From NCBI GenBank assembly GCA_963776385.1, contig CAVZME010000011.1:351806-415805 (forward strand): a DNA stretch of 64,000 nucleotides, given 5' to 3'. Made by a program: the position numbers and the translations under genes. Below are positions 52,333 through 64,000 of this stretch, piece by piece. Within the stretch, counting starts at the first letter, position 1; the number at the start of each line of letters is the position of its first letter. Under the pieces are notes generated by a model. It did no database searches. It was given only the letters and a program-made list of their open reading frames with translations, and was not told where the DNA came from. This DNA comes from an uncultured Chloroflexia bacterium (GTDB taxonomy: Bacteria; Chloroflexota; Limnocylindria; Limnocylindrales; CSP1-4).

Positions 52333-53554
52333 ATGACGGACGACAAGAGCTCCTCGACCGGCCCCGACCGACCCGGTCATCCCGCCGGCACCGGCAGCGC
52401 CTCGACGGCGACCGCCGTTCGCCGGCTTGCGCCGAACCGGGGTGGGCATCAGCGCGATCGGGGTCAAGGAGCTCCGCGGACGGATGCGCGGCCGACGAGC
52501 GTTCGTGATCCTGAGCCTCTACCTCCTGCTGCTCGGCGGGTTCGCCTGGATGGTCGAGCTGATCATGGAGCGCACGTACTACGACCGGCTTCGGCGGGAG
52601 CGGCGCGTTCGCGACCGCAGCCATCGGCCAGGGCATCTTCGCGGCGCTGCTGATGCTCGAGACGCTGCTCGTGGTCTTCCTCGCCCCGATGTCGACCGCC
52701 GGCGCGATCAGCCTCGAACGCGAGAAGCAGACGCTCGAGATGCTCGCCGCGACGCCGATCACCTCGGTCGCCATCGTCATCGGCAAGCTCGCTCAGCGCA
52801 CTCGTCTATGTCTGGCTGCTCATCGCGGCCTCGATCCCGCTGACCGCTGTCGTGTTCGTGTTCGGCGGCGTCGCGCCGGACGACCTCGTGCGCGGCTACC
52901 TCGTCCTGGTCGTGACGGCGCTCGGGTTCGGGTGCGTTCGGGCTGTTCTGCTCGAGCATCGTCAAGCGGACGCAGGCAGCGACGGCGATCACGATCTTCG
53001 GCGTGCTGACGCTCATCGATCGGGACGCTGTTCGTGATCGTGTTCTGGCAGGCCCTGGCGACGCCGGCCGCGGCTTTCGGAGGGGCGCCAGCTGTCGGGA
53101 CACCAGCCCCGGGTCCCCTGGCCTATCTGAACCCGTTCCTCGCCCAGGCCGAGATCACCCCGACCGATGCCCTGTGCTCCTCGGAGAACTCGCTCCGGTA
53201 CTACTGCCGGTTCAGGGACACGTTCGTGCTCAACCAGAACGGCGTCATCTTCGCCAACCGCGTCGACACCAGCGGCGGCGGCGTGATCGCGCCTGCCATC
53301 CCCGCTCCGCCGGTCCCCGTAGGTCAGGGCGGCGGGTTCGCGGGCGGCGTGGTCGTCATCCCGGGCAAGGGTCCGGTCGTCGTCAACGACGTCGTGCCGT
53401 TCGGGACGCACCGCCGACACGATCTGGCCCAAGACCGTCGTCGCCTGGCTGGTCCTGTCGGTCGTCTTCCTCATCCTCTCCGTCCAGTTCGTCTCGCCGA
53501 CCCGGCGCTGGCGGCTGCGCCGTGGCGCGCGTCCGGTCGAGAGGCGCGTCCTGA
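52333..53554 (+). CDS. ABC-2/GldF-like permease (frameshifts)
   Basis: KELRGRMRGRRAF, APMSTAGAISLEREKQTLEMLAATP, PLAYLNPF, multiple TM helices. Confidence 0.75.
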
Positions 53555-55529
53555 TGCCTCTCCGACGAGCGCTCGCCTGGCGCAGCGGCCGCGCGGCTCG
53601 CGCACACCCGACCAGTCGTGCCGCCGGATCCGCGTGGCGCAGCTGGACGGACCGCTGGACCCGGACGCTGCTCGCCGTCCGCAGTGCGCTGCGGCCCCAC
53701 CGCCGCCGACTGTGGCTCCGCCGCATCGTCCGGCGGGCGTGGATCGCCCTGGCCGCGATCGTCGTCGCGGAGCTCGTCCTCTGGACGGTCGCCCGGTTCG
53801 TCCCGCTCGCATCGGCGCCCGTCATCGCGGCGGCCATCCCGGTCGTCGGCGTCCTCGCCTGGCTCGTCGCGAGTCGTCCGCGCACGACCTCGCTCGGCGA
53901 GACAGCGCTGGCCGTGGACGCCGAAGCGGCGCCTCGGCGACCGGGTCTCGAGCGCGCTCGAACTCGCCGTCGGCCTTCCCGGCTTCGGCAGGTCCGTCGC
54001 CCGAGCCGGCCGACACCGACTCGATGGACGCCCAGACCTCGACGAAGCCGCCGAGACCGATCGGTTCGTCCGCCGCCAGCGGCCGACGCCCTCGCTGCCC
54101 TCCGTCTGGCGCCCAGGTCGCCTGTTCAGGCCGCGGTTCTCTCGCCGCCCGGCGGGCGTCGCTGGTCGCTGGCCCTCCTGCTCCTCGTGCCGGTCCTCGC
54201 TCATCCCGAACCCGCAGGACGCCGTCATCGCCCAGCAGCAGCAGGTCCGCGAGGCGGCGGAGCGACAGGCGGAGCGACTCGACAGAGTCGCGCGAGGAGC
54301 TCGAGGACAAGGGCGCCGACGCGAACGACCCGCGGACGCGGCTGGCCGCAGGAGCTCCGCGACCTGGCCCGCCAGCTTCGCCAGACAGCCGAACGACCTC
54401 GACGTCAACCTCGCGCGCCTCGGCGCCATCGAGACCGAGGTCCGCGCCCAGATCGATCCGGCCAACGAGCAGCGGGCGGCCTCGCTGACGTCGCTGAGCC
54501 GTCGCCTTGTCGCGACGCCGCGACCGGCAAGCCCGACGCGAACAAGGACGGCGATCCCGAGAAGGCACGAGACGACCTCAAGGACCTCGGCGACAAGCTC
54601 GACGACATGACGCCGGAGCCAGCAGCGCGGATCTCGCTCGGCAGCTGGCCGAGATGGAGGCGACCGCATCGCAGGCCGATGGCGCGGCGGGAACCGCGCT
54701 TGAGCGACGCGGCCCAGAGCCTGGCCCAGGGCGACACCGCCGGCGCGAGGTCGGCGCTCGATCGACTCGGCGAGCGCTCTGACCGGCGCCGACCGGCGGG
54801 TGACGACGACGCGGGACCTCGCGGGCGCCGCGTCACGGCTCCAGGACTGCCCGGCGCGACCTGGCCGATGCCGGGCGGCAGCCTGCCGGCCAAGGGCAGC
54901 AGGGCCAGGGTCAGCAGGGCCAGGCGCAGGGCAGTCCGCGTCCGAGCGGCCAGGGTCAGGGCCAGGGTCAAGGGCCAGCGAGCCCAGGGGCCAGGGTCAG
55001 GGCCAGGGCCAGGGGCAAGGTCAGGGCCAGGGCCAGGGCCAAGGCCAGGGTCAGGGGCAAGGTCAGGGCCAGGGCCAAGGTCAGGGCCAGGGTCAGGGCC
55101 AGGGTCAGGGCCAGGGCCAAGGGCAAGGGCCAGGGCCAGGGCGCCATCGGTGGCGGCGGCTCGAACGCCCGCTCGCTCGGCAACGGCATCGGCGGCAACG
55201 GCCAGCCGGCCGGCCCGACGAACCCGAACCGCCCGTCCGAGCTCGGCGCGGACCTGTCCTCGGTCTTCGCGCCGTTCGACCGCCTCGGCAAGCCCGGCGA
55301 CCCGTCGTACATCGCCGGGACGGGCGGCGACGGCCAGACCCAGCAGGGCAACGGCACGGGCCAGGGCTCGAACAACGGGACGCTGACGCCCGTACCAGCA
55401 GGTCTACACCGACTTCGAACGCTACGCCCAGACCTCGCTCGACCGCGGCTACATCCCGCTCTCGGTCAAGGACTACGTCCGCGACTACTTCAGCTCGCTC
55501 GATCCCATCGAACTGACGCCGGAGGCCCC

Positions 55530-55533
<4 letters not shown>
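53554..55533 (+). CDS. Membrane-anchored coiled-coil protein with Gly-Gln repeat tract (DUF4175-like layout; many frameshifts)
   Basis: TM pair (WIALAAIVVAELVLW), DRVSSALEL, Q/A/L-rich coiled coil, (GQ)n, C-terminal KDYVRDYFSSL. End is 55533 or about 55516. Confidence 0.6.
54989..55139 (+). repeat. GGN-CAR hexamer array encoding (Gly-Gln)23 plus 2 further units
   Basis: 23 uninterrupted hexamers 54989-55126, one extra G, then 2 more; degenerate units from about 54890. Confidence 0.95.
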
Positions 55534-56549
<1,016 letters not shown>

Positions 56550-56575
56550 CGTCGCAACGATCGGCGGCGACCGCG

Positions 56576-57519
56576 ATGGATAGCCTCCACGACGCCGCCC
56601 ACCGCCGGGACCCGGCAGGCCTTCCTGCCGAGCGAGGTCGACCCGACCGTCTTCGACGAGGCGTTCCTGCGCCAGCTCGAGCGCCTCCTGCTCCTGATGC
56701 GGTCGCCGGTCCGCGGCGGACTGAAGGGCGGCCGGCGGAGCGTCAAGCGCGGCCAGTCGGTCGAGTTCGCGGACTATCGCGACTACACCCTCGGCGACGA
56801 CCTGCGCCAGCTCGACTGGAACGTCTACGCCCGCCTCGAGCGGCTCTTCGTGAAGCTCTTCGTCGAGGAGGAGGACGTCACCGTCACCCTCCTCATCGAT
56901 GCCTCGGCGTCGATGGCGACCGGTCATCCGGCGAAGCTGCTGTTCGCGAAGCGTGCGGCCGCCGCGCTCGGCTACATCGGGCTGGCGAGCGAGGATCGGG
57001 TCGCGGTCAGCGCGCTGTCCGGACGGATCGCGCGACGTCGTGCCTCGATGCGCGGCTCGGGCCGCGTCTTCCGGCTCCTCGCCGACCTGTCCGCGATCGA
57101 GCCTGCCGACGGCCCGACCGATCTGGTCGCCGCGGCACGACACGCCGCGGCGCAACTCCACGGCCGCGGCGTCGTCATCCTCGTCTCGGACCTGCTCGAC
57201 CCCGCGGCCGACAAGATCATCCGCGAGCTCGCCGCGACGGGCTCGGAGCTGGTCATCCTGCACGTCCTGTCGCCCGACGAGCTCGATCCGCCGCTCGAGG
57301 GCGACCTCCGGCTGGTCGACGTCGAGACCGGCGAGGGCATCGACGTGACGGTGGACCTGGCCACGCTCGACGCGTACAAGGCGCGCCTGGCCGACTGGAA
57401 GGCCGGCTTCGCCGACCTCGCGGCCAAGCGCCGTGCGAGCTACGTCGACCTCTCGTCCGACGACCAACCTCGCCGACCTGATGTTCGCCGAGCTCCGTCG
57501 CCGGCGCGTGCTGGGCTAG
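56576..57519 (+). CDS. DUF58 family protein (MoxR-associated, vWA-like)
   Basis: [45 protein letters not shown]. Start and last codons need frame correction. Confidence 0.9.
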
Positions 57520-57523
57520 CCGC

Positions 57524-59631
57524 GTGCCGTTCACGACCCCGCTCGCGCTGCTCGGCCTGCTGTTCATCCCGGCGGTCGTCGCGATGTACCTGCTCAAGCT
57601 GCGGCGCGACGAGACGGTCGTGCCATCGACCCTGCTGTGGTCGCGGCTCGTCGCCGACGTCGAGGCCAACGCGCCGTGGCAGAAGCTGCGACGGAGCCTG
57701 CTGCTTCTCCTCCAGCTCCTGCTCGTGGTCGTCCTCGCGCTGCTCGCCGCGCGGCCGTTCCTGGAGCGTCCGGCCGGGCTGGCACGCGACGTCGTGGTCG
57801 TGCTGGACACGTCGGCCAGCATGGGCGCCACGGACGTCGGCCCGAACCGCCTCGAGGCGGCCAAGGCGGCCGCAGTCGCGGCGCTGCGCGACCTGCCGAC
57901 CGGCGGCAAGGTCAGCGTCATCGCCGCGGACCGGCGGCGCTCGGATCGTGGTCAACGAGACGACCGACCTGGGACGCGTCCGCCAGGCGCTCGACGGCCT
58001 CGCGGTGTCGAGCAGTCGCGGCGACCTCGGCGACGCCCTCGAACTCGCCGGCAAGCTCGCGGCGCGCTCGGGCGACGCGCAGATCCTGGTCGCCACGGAC
58101 GGCGCCCTCGCGACACCCGTCGCGGGTGCGACGAAGGTGCCGGCCAAGGTCACGGTCCTGCCCGTCGGTCGCGAGCGGAAGAACCAGGCGATCGTCGCGC
58201 TCGCGGTCCGGACCGCGCCGTCGGCCGTCACGCGGTCCGTGTTCGTCAGCGTCGCGAACCTCGACCTGGAACGTGCCGCCCGTCGTCTCGAGGTCTGGGG
58301 CGACGGCGGGCTCATCGAGGTCCGCGACCTCCAGCTCGACCCGCAGGCCCGCTCCGACGTCGTCATCGACGACGTCCCGCGCGACGTCGCGACCCTCGAG
58401 CTCCGACTCGTCGGCGCCGATCCCGCTGTGACCGCCGCCCCCGACCAGCTCGCGGTCGACGACCACGCCTGGGCCGTCATCCCGCCCGATCGGCCCCGCG
58501 AGATCCTGGTCGTCGGTGCGGGCGACCCGTATCTCGAGACCGCGCTGAGCTACCTGCCGAACGTCGAGCTGTTCGGGGTCACTGCCGACCGAGTACGGCC
58601 GGACAAGGCCGCGCGGCCGGACGGCGACCGCTGGGACCTCGTCATCTTCGAGGGCGCCCTGCCGGCGACGCTGCCGCGAACGCCGATCCTCGCCATCGCG
58701 CCGACCGCGCACGAGCGCGCTCGGCGACGGTCACCGGCACCCTCACGAACCCCGGGATCGGGTCGCTCGACCCGGCCGAGCCGATCCTCCGCTACGTCGA
58801 CCTGTCCACGACCCACATCGCCTCGGCGGCGAAGCTGACGCTGCCCGACTGGGCGCGGACCGTCATCCCCGGGCCCGCCGGCGCGCCGCTGCTGTACGCC
58901 GGCACGCGGGCCGGCCTGCCGACCGCCGTCCTCGCCTTCGAGCCGCGCAAGTCGGACCTGCCGCTCCAGGTCGCCTTCCCGATCCTGCTCGCGAACCTGA
59001 CCGGCGAGCTGCTCGGCGGGTCGCAGGCACCGACCGAGGCGGTCCAGCCCGGGACGCCGGTCGAGCTTGCCATCCCGGCGAGCGCGACCGGCCTGTCCGT
59101 GACGCGGCCCGACGGATCGGTCGTCGAGCTGGTCCCGGGTGCCGACCAGGCCGCTCGAGGGTCACCTTCGCGGGGACCGACCTGCCCGGCATCTACACGG
59201 TGACGCCGCACCTCGCCTGCCGGCCGCACGCCGGGATCGCCCGTCGCCGCCGCGCCGCGTGCGTCACCATCGGCCGCCAGCGCGGTCGGCAGCGCCGCTC
59301 TGGCGCGACCGCGTCGACCCGACCGCGCCCGACTCGCTTCGCCGTCGACCTGTTCGACGTCGACGAATCGACGATCGCGCCCGGGCTCGGCGGCCGCGAT
59401 CGAGGCTCTCGGCGTCGGCCGGTGGCACCCGGCGCTTCGGCGGATCCCGGGGCGCAGCCCGCCGCCGAAGCCCGGCCCACGACCCGCGACGAGCTGTGGG
59501 TCCCGATCGTCCTGCTCGTCCTCCTCGGGCTGTGCGTCGAGTGGGCCGTCTACCACCGTGACGCGCTGATCCGGCTGCGACGCGGGCTCGGGGCTCGGTT
59601 CGGGCGCGGCGCCACGGACGGCGGCGCCTGA
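57524..59631 (+). CDS. BatA-type N-terminal double-TM domain + vWA domain protein (frameshifts)
   Basis: MPFTTPLALLGLLFIPAVVAMYLLK...STLLW...LLLLLQLL...LAARP, MIDAS VLDTSASM, ILVATDG, C-terminal TM with EW..YHR. Confidence 0.85.
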
Positions 59632-62608
59632 TGGGCATCTCGCTTCGACGCGCCGCTCGCGCTCCTCCTGCTCATCCCGGCGCTGCTGCTGACGATCGGT
59701 CTCCACCTCGGCGCGCGTCGGCGGATGGGCGTCGGGGCGCCGGCGCGTCGCGCTCGTCGTGCGGTCGGCTGCTGCTGGCGGCCCTCGTCTTCGCGCTGGC
59801 CGGGTTCCAGCTGGTCCTGCCGGTCGACCGGCTCGCCACCGTCTTCGTCGTCGACCTGTCCGATTCGGTCGGCAACGCGGGACGCGAGGATGCCCTCGCG
59901 TTCCTGCGCGAGACGCTCGCGGAACGACCCGAGCGGCGACGTCGCCGGGATCGTCGCGTTCGGCAAGCAGGCGCTCGTCGAGCGGCTGCCGTCCGACCTC
60001 GCGGAGATCGACCGCCTCGCCTCGACCCCGGTCAGGTCCGCGACCGACATCGGCGCGCGCGCTGCGCCTCGCGACCGCGCTCTTCCCCGACGACGCCCAG
60101 AAGCGGATCGTCCTGCTCTCCGACGGCAACGACACGACCGGCGGCGGCCAGGCCGAGGCCGCGCTCGCCGCGTCACAGGGCGTCCGGATCGAGACCCGCC
60201 GGATCGGCCCGGGCGACGTCGACGAGGTGCTCGATCGAGCGGCTGACGACGCCCTCGACGGCCCGCCTCGGCGAGTCGGTCCCGGTCGTCGTCGAGGTCC
60301 GCTCGAACGGTCGCCCAGACCGCGACGGTCCGCCTCTTCGCCGACGGAGCGCTGGTCGCGACCCAGCCCGTCGAGCTCGCGGCGGGCTCGACCACGCGTG
60401 ACCTTCGACGTCACGCCGACCGAGGCCGGCTTCCATACGTTCCGCGCCGTCGTCGAGGCCGCCCGCGACACGTTCAGCCAGAACGACCGCGCCGACTCGA
60501 ACACCATCGTCAAGGGCGAGCCGCGGACGCTCGTCCTCGCCGGCGACGACAGCGTCGCAGCCGAACTGGTCGCCGCCCTCAAGAACCAGCGCCAGCAGGT
60601 CGACACCCTCATCCCCGAGGCGCTCCCGACCGACTTCGCCAGCCTGGCGACCTACGACAGCGTCGTCCTCGTGGACGTCCCGCGGCTCCGGCTCAACGAC
60701 CGTCAGCTGGCCGCGCTCCAGGTCTACGTCCGCGATCTCGGCAAGGGCCTGGTCATGGTCGGCGGCCCGAAGAGCTACGGCGCCGGCGGCTACCAGAAGA
60801 CGCCGCTCGAGGAGACGCTGCCGGTCGACATGGGCGTGCGCGACCGGCAGAAGCAGCCCGACATCGCGCTCGTCGTCGTCATCGACCAGTCGGGCTCGAT
60901 GGCGGCCTGCCACTGCAACACGTTCAACGGCGGCAATCCGGGCGGCGGCGCCAGCGGGATCGGTGGCGTCCAGAAGGTCGACATCGGCAAGGAGGCGATC
61001 CTGCGCGCCGCGGCCGCGATGACCGAGCGCGACGAGCTCGGGCGTCGTGGCCTTCAACGAGGCGGCGCACTGGGTCGTCAGGACGCAGCCGCTCGGCGGC
61101 ATCGGCGACCTCCAGGGCCAGATCGCGGGGATCCGGGCGGACGGCCAGACCAACATCTTCGCCGGCCTCGACCAGGCGGTGACGTCGCTCGAAGGGACGT
61201 CGGCGACGCGCCGCCACATCATCCTGCTGACCGACGGCTGGTCGACGATCGGGCCAGTACGACGCGATCCTCGCCAAGATGAAGGCGGACGGCATCACGC
61301 TCTCGACGGTCGGCGCGGGTGGCGGCGCGAACCCGTTCCTCGAGCAGCTCGCCAAGCAGGGCGGCGGCCGCTTCTACGCCGCGACGAACCCGGCGAGCAT
61401 CCCGGACATCTTCCTCAAGGAGACCCAGCAGGTCTCCGGCCAGCAGATCGTCGAGGAGCCGTTCTTCCCGATCCAGACGTCGTCGTCGCCGATCCTGCGC
61501 GGCCTCGACGAGGGGCTGCCGCAGCTCCGCGGCTACAACGGGACGACCATCAAGCCGGCCGCCCAGAGCGTGCTGGTCACCGCGCGCGACGATCCGCTCC
61601 TGGCCCAGTGGCAGTACGGACTCGGGTCGGTCGGTGGCATGGACGTCGGACTCGACCGGGCCGATGGGCGAAGGACTGGGTCGGCTGGAGCGGGTTCAAC
61701 CGGTTCTTCAGCCAGCTCGTCTGCTGGACGTTCCCGGGCGAGGAGACCGGCGGCATCGAGGCGACGTTCGAGACCGACCGGCGACCACGACCGGGCTCCA
61801 CGTCGAGAGCGTCGAACCCGACGGCTCGCCGCGCGACTTCTACGCGACGAGCGCCGTGGTCGTCGGGCCCGATCTCGAGCCGCGCGACGTCGACCTCGTC
61901 CAGATCGCGCCCGGGGTCTACGAGGCACCGCTCGGCGAGATCGATCCGGGCGCATATGCCGTCCGGATCACCCAGACGCGACCGGGCTCGTCGCCGCTGG
62001 GGCGGACGGTCGGGTTGGTCGCGCCGACCGCGGCCGAGTATCGGCAGCTGGGCGCGAACGAGCCGTTCCTGGCGTCGCTCCGGGCGGCGACCGGCGGGTC
62101 CGTCATCGCCACCGCGAAGGACCCGTGGATCCACGACCTGACCGCGACGAACCGGTTCACCGACCTGTGGCCGCTGCTGCTCGTCCTCGCCCTGCTGCTC
62201 TGGCCGCTGGACATCGCGCTGCGCCGGATGTCGCTCGGTCGGCGCGAGATGGCGGCCGCCCGCGGCTGGGTCGCCGGGATCGGCCGGCGGCGTCGGGCCG
62301 CCGGACCGCGGACGGCCACGACCGAAGGGCTCCTGGCCGCGAGCGAGCGAGTCCGGTCGAGCGGCACGCGCGAGGCGATGCGGACCCCCACCGCCGTGAT
62401 GCCGGCGGCGACGTCGGCACCGACCCCGACCGCACCGGCCGCGACCGCCGCGGCCCAGGCGCCGTCCGTCGCTGTGCCCGTCCCGCCGGCACCGACTGTG
62501 GATCCACCGCCTCCCAGCCAGCCCGCCGGAGCACCCGCCGTCCCGACCGAAACCGCCGACACGATGGCCCGCCTTCGCGACGCCAAGCGGCGCGCCCGCG
62601 ACCGCTGA
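59631..62608 (+). CDS. Membrane protein with two vWA domains and a GATase1-like (DUF1355-type) domain (many frameshifts)
   Basis: VVDLSDSV, LLSDGNDT, MVGGPKSYGAGGY..TPLEETLPVDM, VIDQSGSM, ILLTDG, PLLAQWQYGLG, C-terminal TM LWPLDIALRR. Confidence 0.8.
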
Positions 62609-62658
62609 ACCGTCGGCCTGTGCGGCGTCCATCGCCGACCGGTGGTAGCCTCGGGCTC

Positions 62659-63114
62659 GTGTCCATCCCCCGTGCGCTCGGTCTCGGTTTCGTCGCGCTC
62701 CTCGTCAGTGCGTGCCAGTTCGTCGAGACGGGGCCGCCTGACCCGACACCGGCCGATTTCCCGGGCATCGCCATCGAGTTCCAGAAGAACGGCCTGCATG
62801 TCGACAACGTCGTCGCGGGCGACGCGGGCTGCAACGACTCGGTCCTGGCGCCGACCGCGATCTCGTTCGACGTGTCGGGCAAGGACCAGGCGACCCCCGT
62901 GAAGGTCTACCTGTACGTCTTCCGGAACAAGGCGACCTACGAACGCCTGCGCCCGACCATCGACGCCTGCGCCCGGTCGTACGTGACCGATGCCGCGACG
63001 TACGAAGCGGTCGAGCAGTCGCCCTTCGTGCTGGCCGGCCAGGGTCCCTGGGCACCGCAGTTCAAGGGCATCATCCGATCGGGCATCGAGACGGCTGCGG
63101 GCACCGGCGGCTAG
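62659..63114 (+). CDS. Hypothetical lipoprotein
   Basis: GTG start 7 nt after TAGCCT; lipobox VSAC; two further Cys. Confidence 0.65.
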   Translation: MSIPRALGLGFVALLVSACQFVETGPPDPTPADFPGIAIEFQKNGLHVDNVVAGDAGCNDSVLAPTAISFDVSGKDQATPVKVYLYVFRNKATYERLRPTIDACARSYVTDAATYEAVEQSPFVLAGQGPWAPQFKGIIRSGIETAAGTGG

Positions 63115-64000
63115 ACGACCCGCAGCCCCAGGATCTTGCGCGCGATGACGAGTCGCTGGACCTGGCTTGTCCCTTCGCCGATCTCGGTCAGCTTGGCGTC
63201 ACGCAGGTAGCGCTCGACGGGGTACTCGGTGACGTAGCCATATCCACCGTGGATCTGGATCGCATCGTTGGTGACGCGCGAACTGACCTCGGATGCGAAC
63301 AGCTTGGCCTGCGCCGCCACCAGGCCGAAGTCGCGACCCTGGTCCTTGAGCCAGGCGGAGCGCCAGACCAGCCCGCGAGCTGCTTCGATCTCGGTCGCCA
63401 TGTCGGCGACCATGAAGGCGACCCCCTGGAACGAGCCGATCGGCCGGCCGAACTGCTCGCGCGTCTGGGCGTACGGGATCGACGCATCGAGCGCGCCCTG
63501 CGCGATACCGACCGCCAGCGCCCCGATCGAGATCCGACCGCCGTCGAGGATGCGCAGGAACGTCTTGAAGCCGCTCCCCTGCTCGCCGAGCATGTTGGCG
63601 TGGGGCACGCGCGCGCCCTCGAAGATGAGCTCTCCGGTCGCCGACGCGTGCAGCCCCAGCTTATCCTCCAGGCGCCCCACCGAGAAGCCGGCCGTGTCGG
63701 CCGGCACGATGAACGCCGAGATCTCGGCGGCGCCGTCGTCGCGCGTCCCCGTCCGGGCGGTGATGATGTAGGTCCCGGCCTGGCCCGCATTCGTGATGAA
63801 CCGTTTGCCGCCGTCGATGACCCACGATCCGCCGTCCGGGCCGTCCTCGTGGCGTGCGGTCGTTCGCGTGCCACCCGAGTCGCTGCCGGCGCCCGGCTCG
63901 GTCAGGCCGTACGCCCCGATCACCGAGCCCTGCGCCATCGGCACGAGGTAGCGCTGCTGCTGCTCGTGCGAACCGGCGAGATGGAGCGGGCCGCAGCCCA
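63111..64000 (-). CDS. Acyl-CoA dehydrogenase (5-prime end beyond the window)
   Basis: GAYGLTEPGAGSD, IDGGKRFITN, LDGGRISIGA, DAIQIHGGYGY, EIGEGTSQVQR. Confidence 0.95.
   Translation of the reverse strand, partial: GCGPLHLAGSHEQQQRYLVPMAQGSVIGAYGLTEPGAGSDSGGTRTTARHEDGPDGGSWVIDGGKRFITNAGQAGTYIITARTGTRDDGAAEISAFIVPADTAGFSVGRLEDKLGLHASATGELIFEGARVPHANMLGEQGSGFKTFLRILDGGRISIGALAVGIAQGALDASIPYAQTREQFGRPIGSFQGVAFMVADMATEIEAARGLVWRSAWLKDQGRDFGLVAAQAKLFASEVSSRVTNDAIQIHGGYGYVTEYPVERYLRDAKLTEIGEGTSQVQRLVIARKILGLRVV

Noticed and set aside
53400-53600. Fusion of the ABC permease to the coiled-coil protein
   Set aside because: The last permease helix is in frame with ATG 53554, but a TGATG stop-start junction is present and the region is full of indels, so an error is more likely.
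54890-55139. Repeat array as CRISPR or non-coding satellite
   Set aside because: No spacers; 6-bp period with synonymous-only variation inside a CDS; no cas genes.

Overview
High-GC chromosomal segment, probably from a Chloroflexota bacterium of the Limnocylindria type (inferred from protein styles, not verified). It is densely coding, with about 65 genes and two tRNAs (Arg-TCT, Glu-CTC). There is no integrase, transposase, rRNA or CRISPR array. Many clearly functional genes are broken by 1-nt indels, most likely long-read or assembly errors, so several CDS are reconstructed across frames and their coordinates are approximate. Main blocks: (1) 1-16.6 kb, mixed metabolism and transport, including an ECF sigma factor coupled to an Ogt-Ada(Zn) fusion; (2) 16.7-26.7 kb, a complete Kdp K+-uptake locus with a split KdpD, an extra response regulator and two 29-aa membrane peptides; (3) 26.7-36 kb, tRNA-Arg, an ECF/anti-sigma pair, an orphan SPPY-type DNA methyltransferase, two uncharacterised genes whose promoters each carry three DnaA-box-like 9-mers at almost the same distance from a TACCAT -10, and a DUF1611/epimerase pair; (4) 36-46 kb, accessory-looking detox, lipoprotein and STAND regulator genes ending at tRNA-Glu; (5) 48.8-62.6 kb, an 8-gene ABC-MoxR-DUF58-vWA envelope operon containing a (Gly-Gln)23+ tract. 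Many genes appear leaderless (TANNNT 6-8 nt before the start codon).
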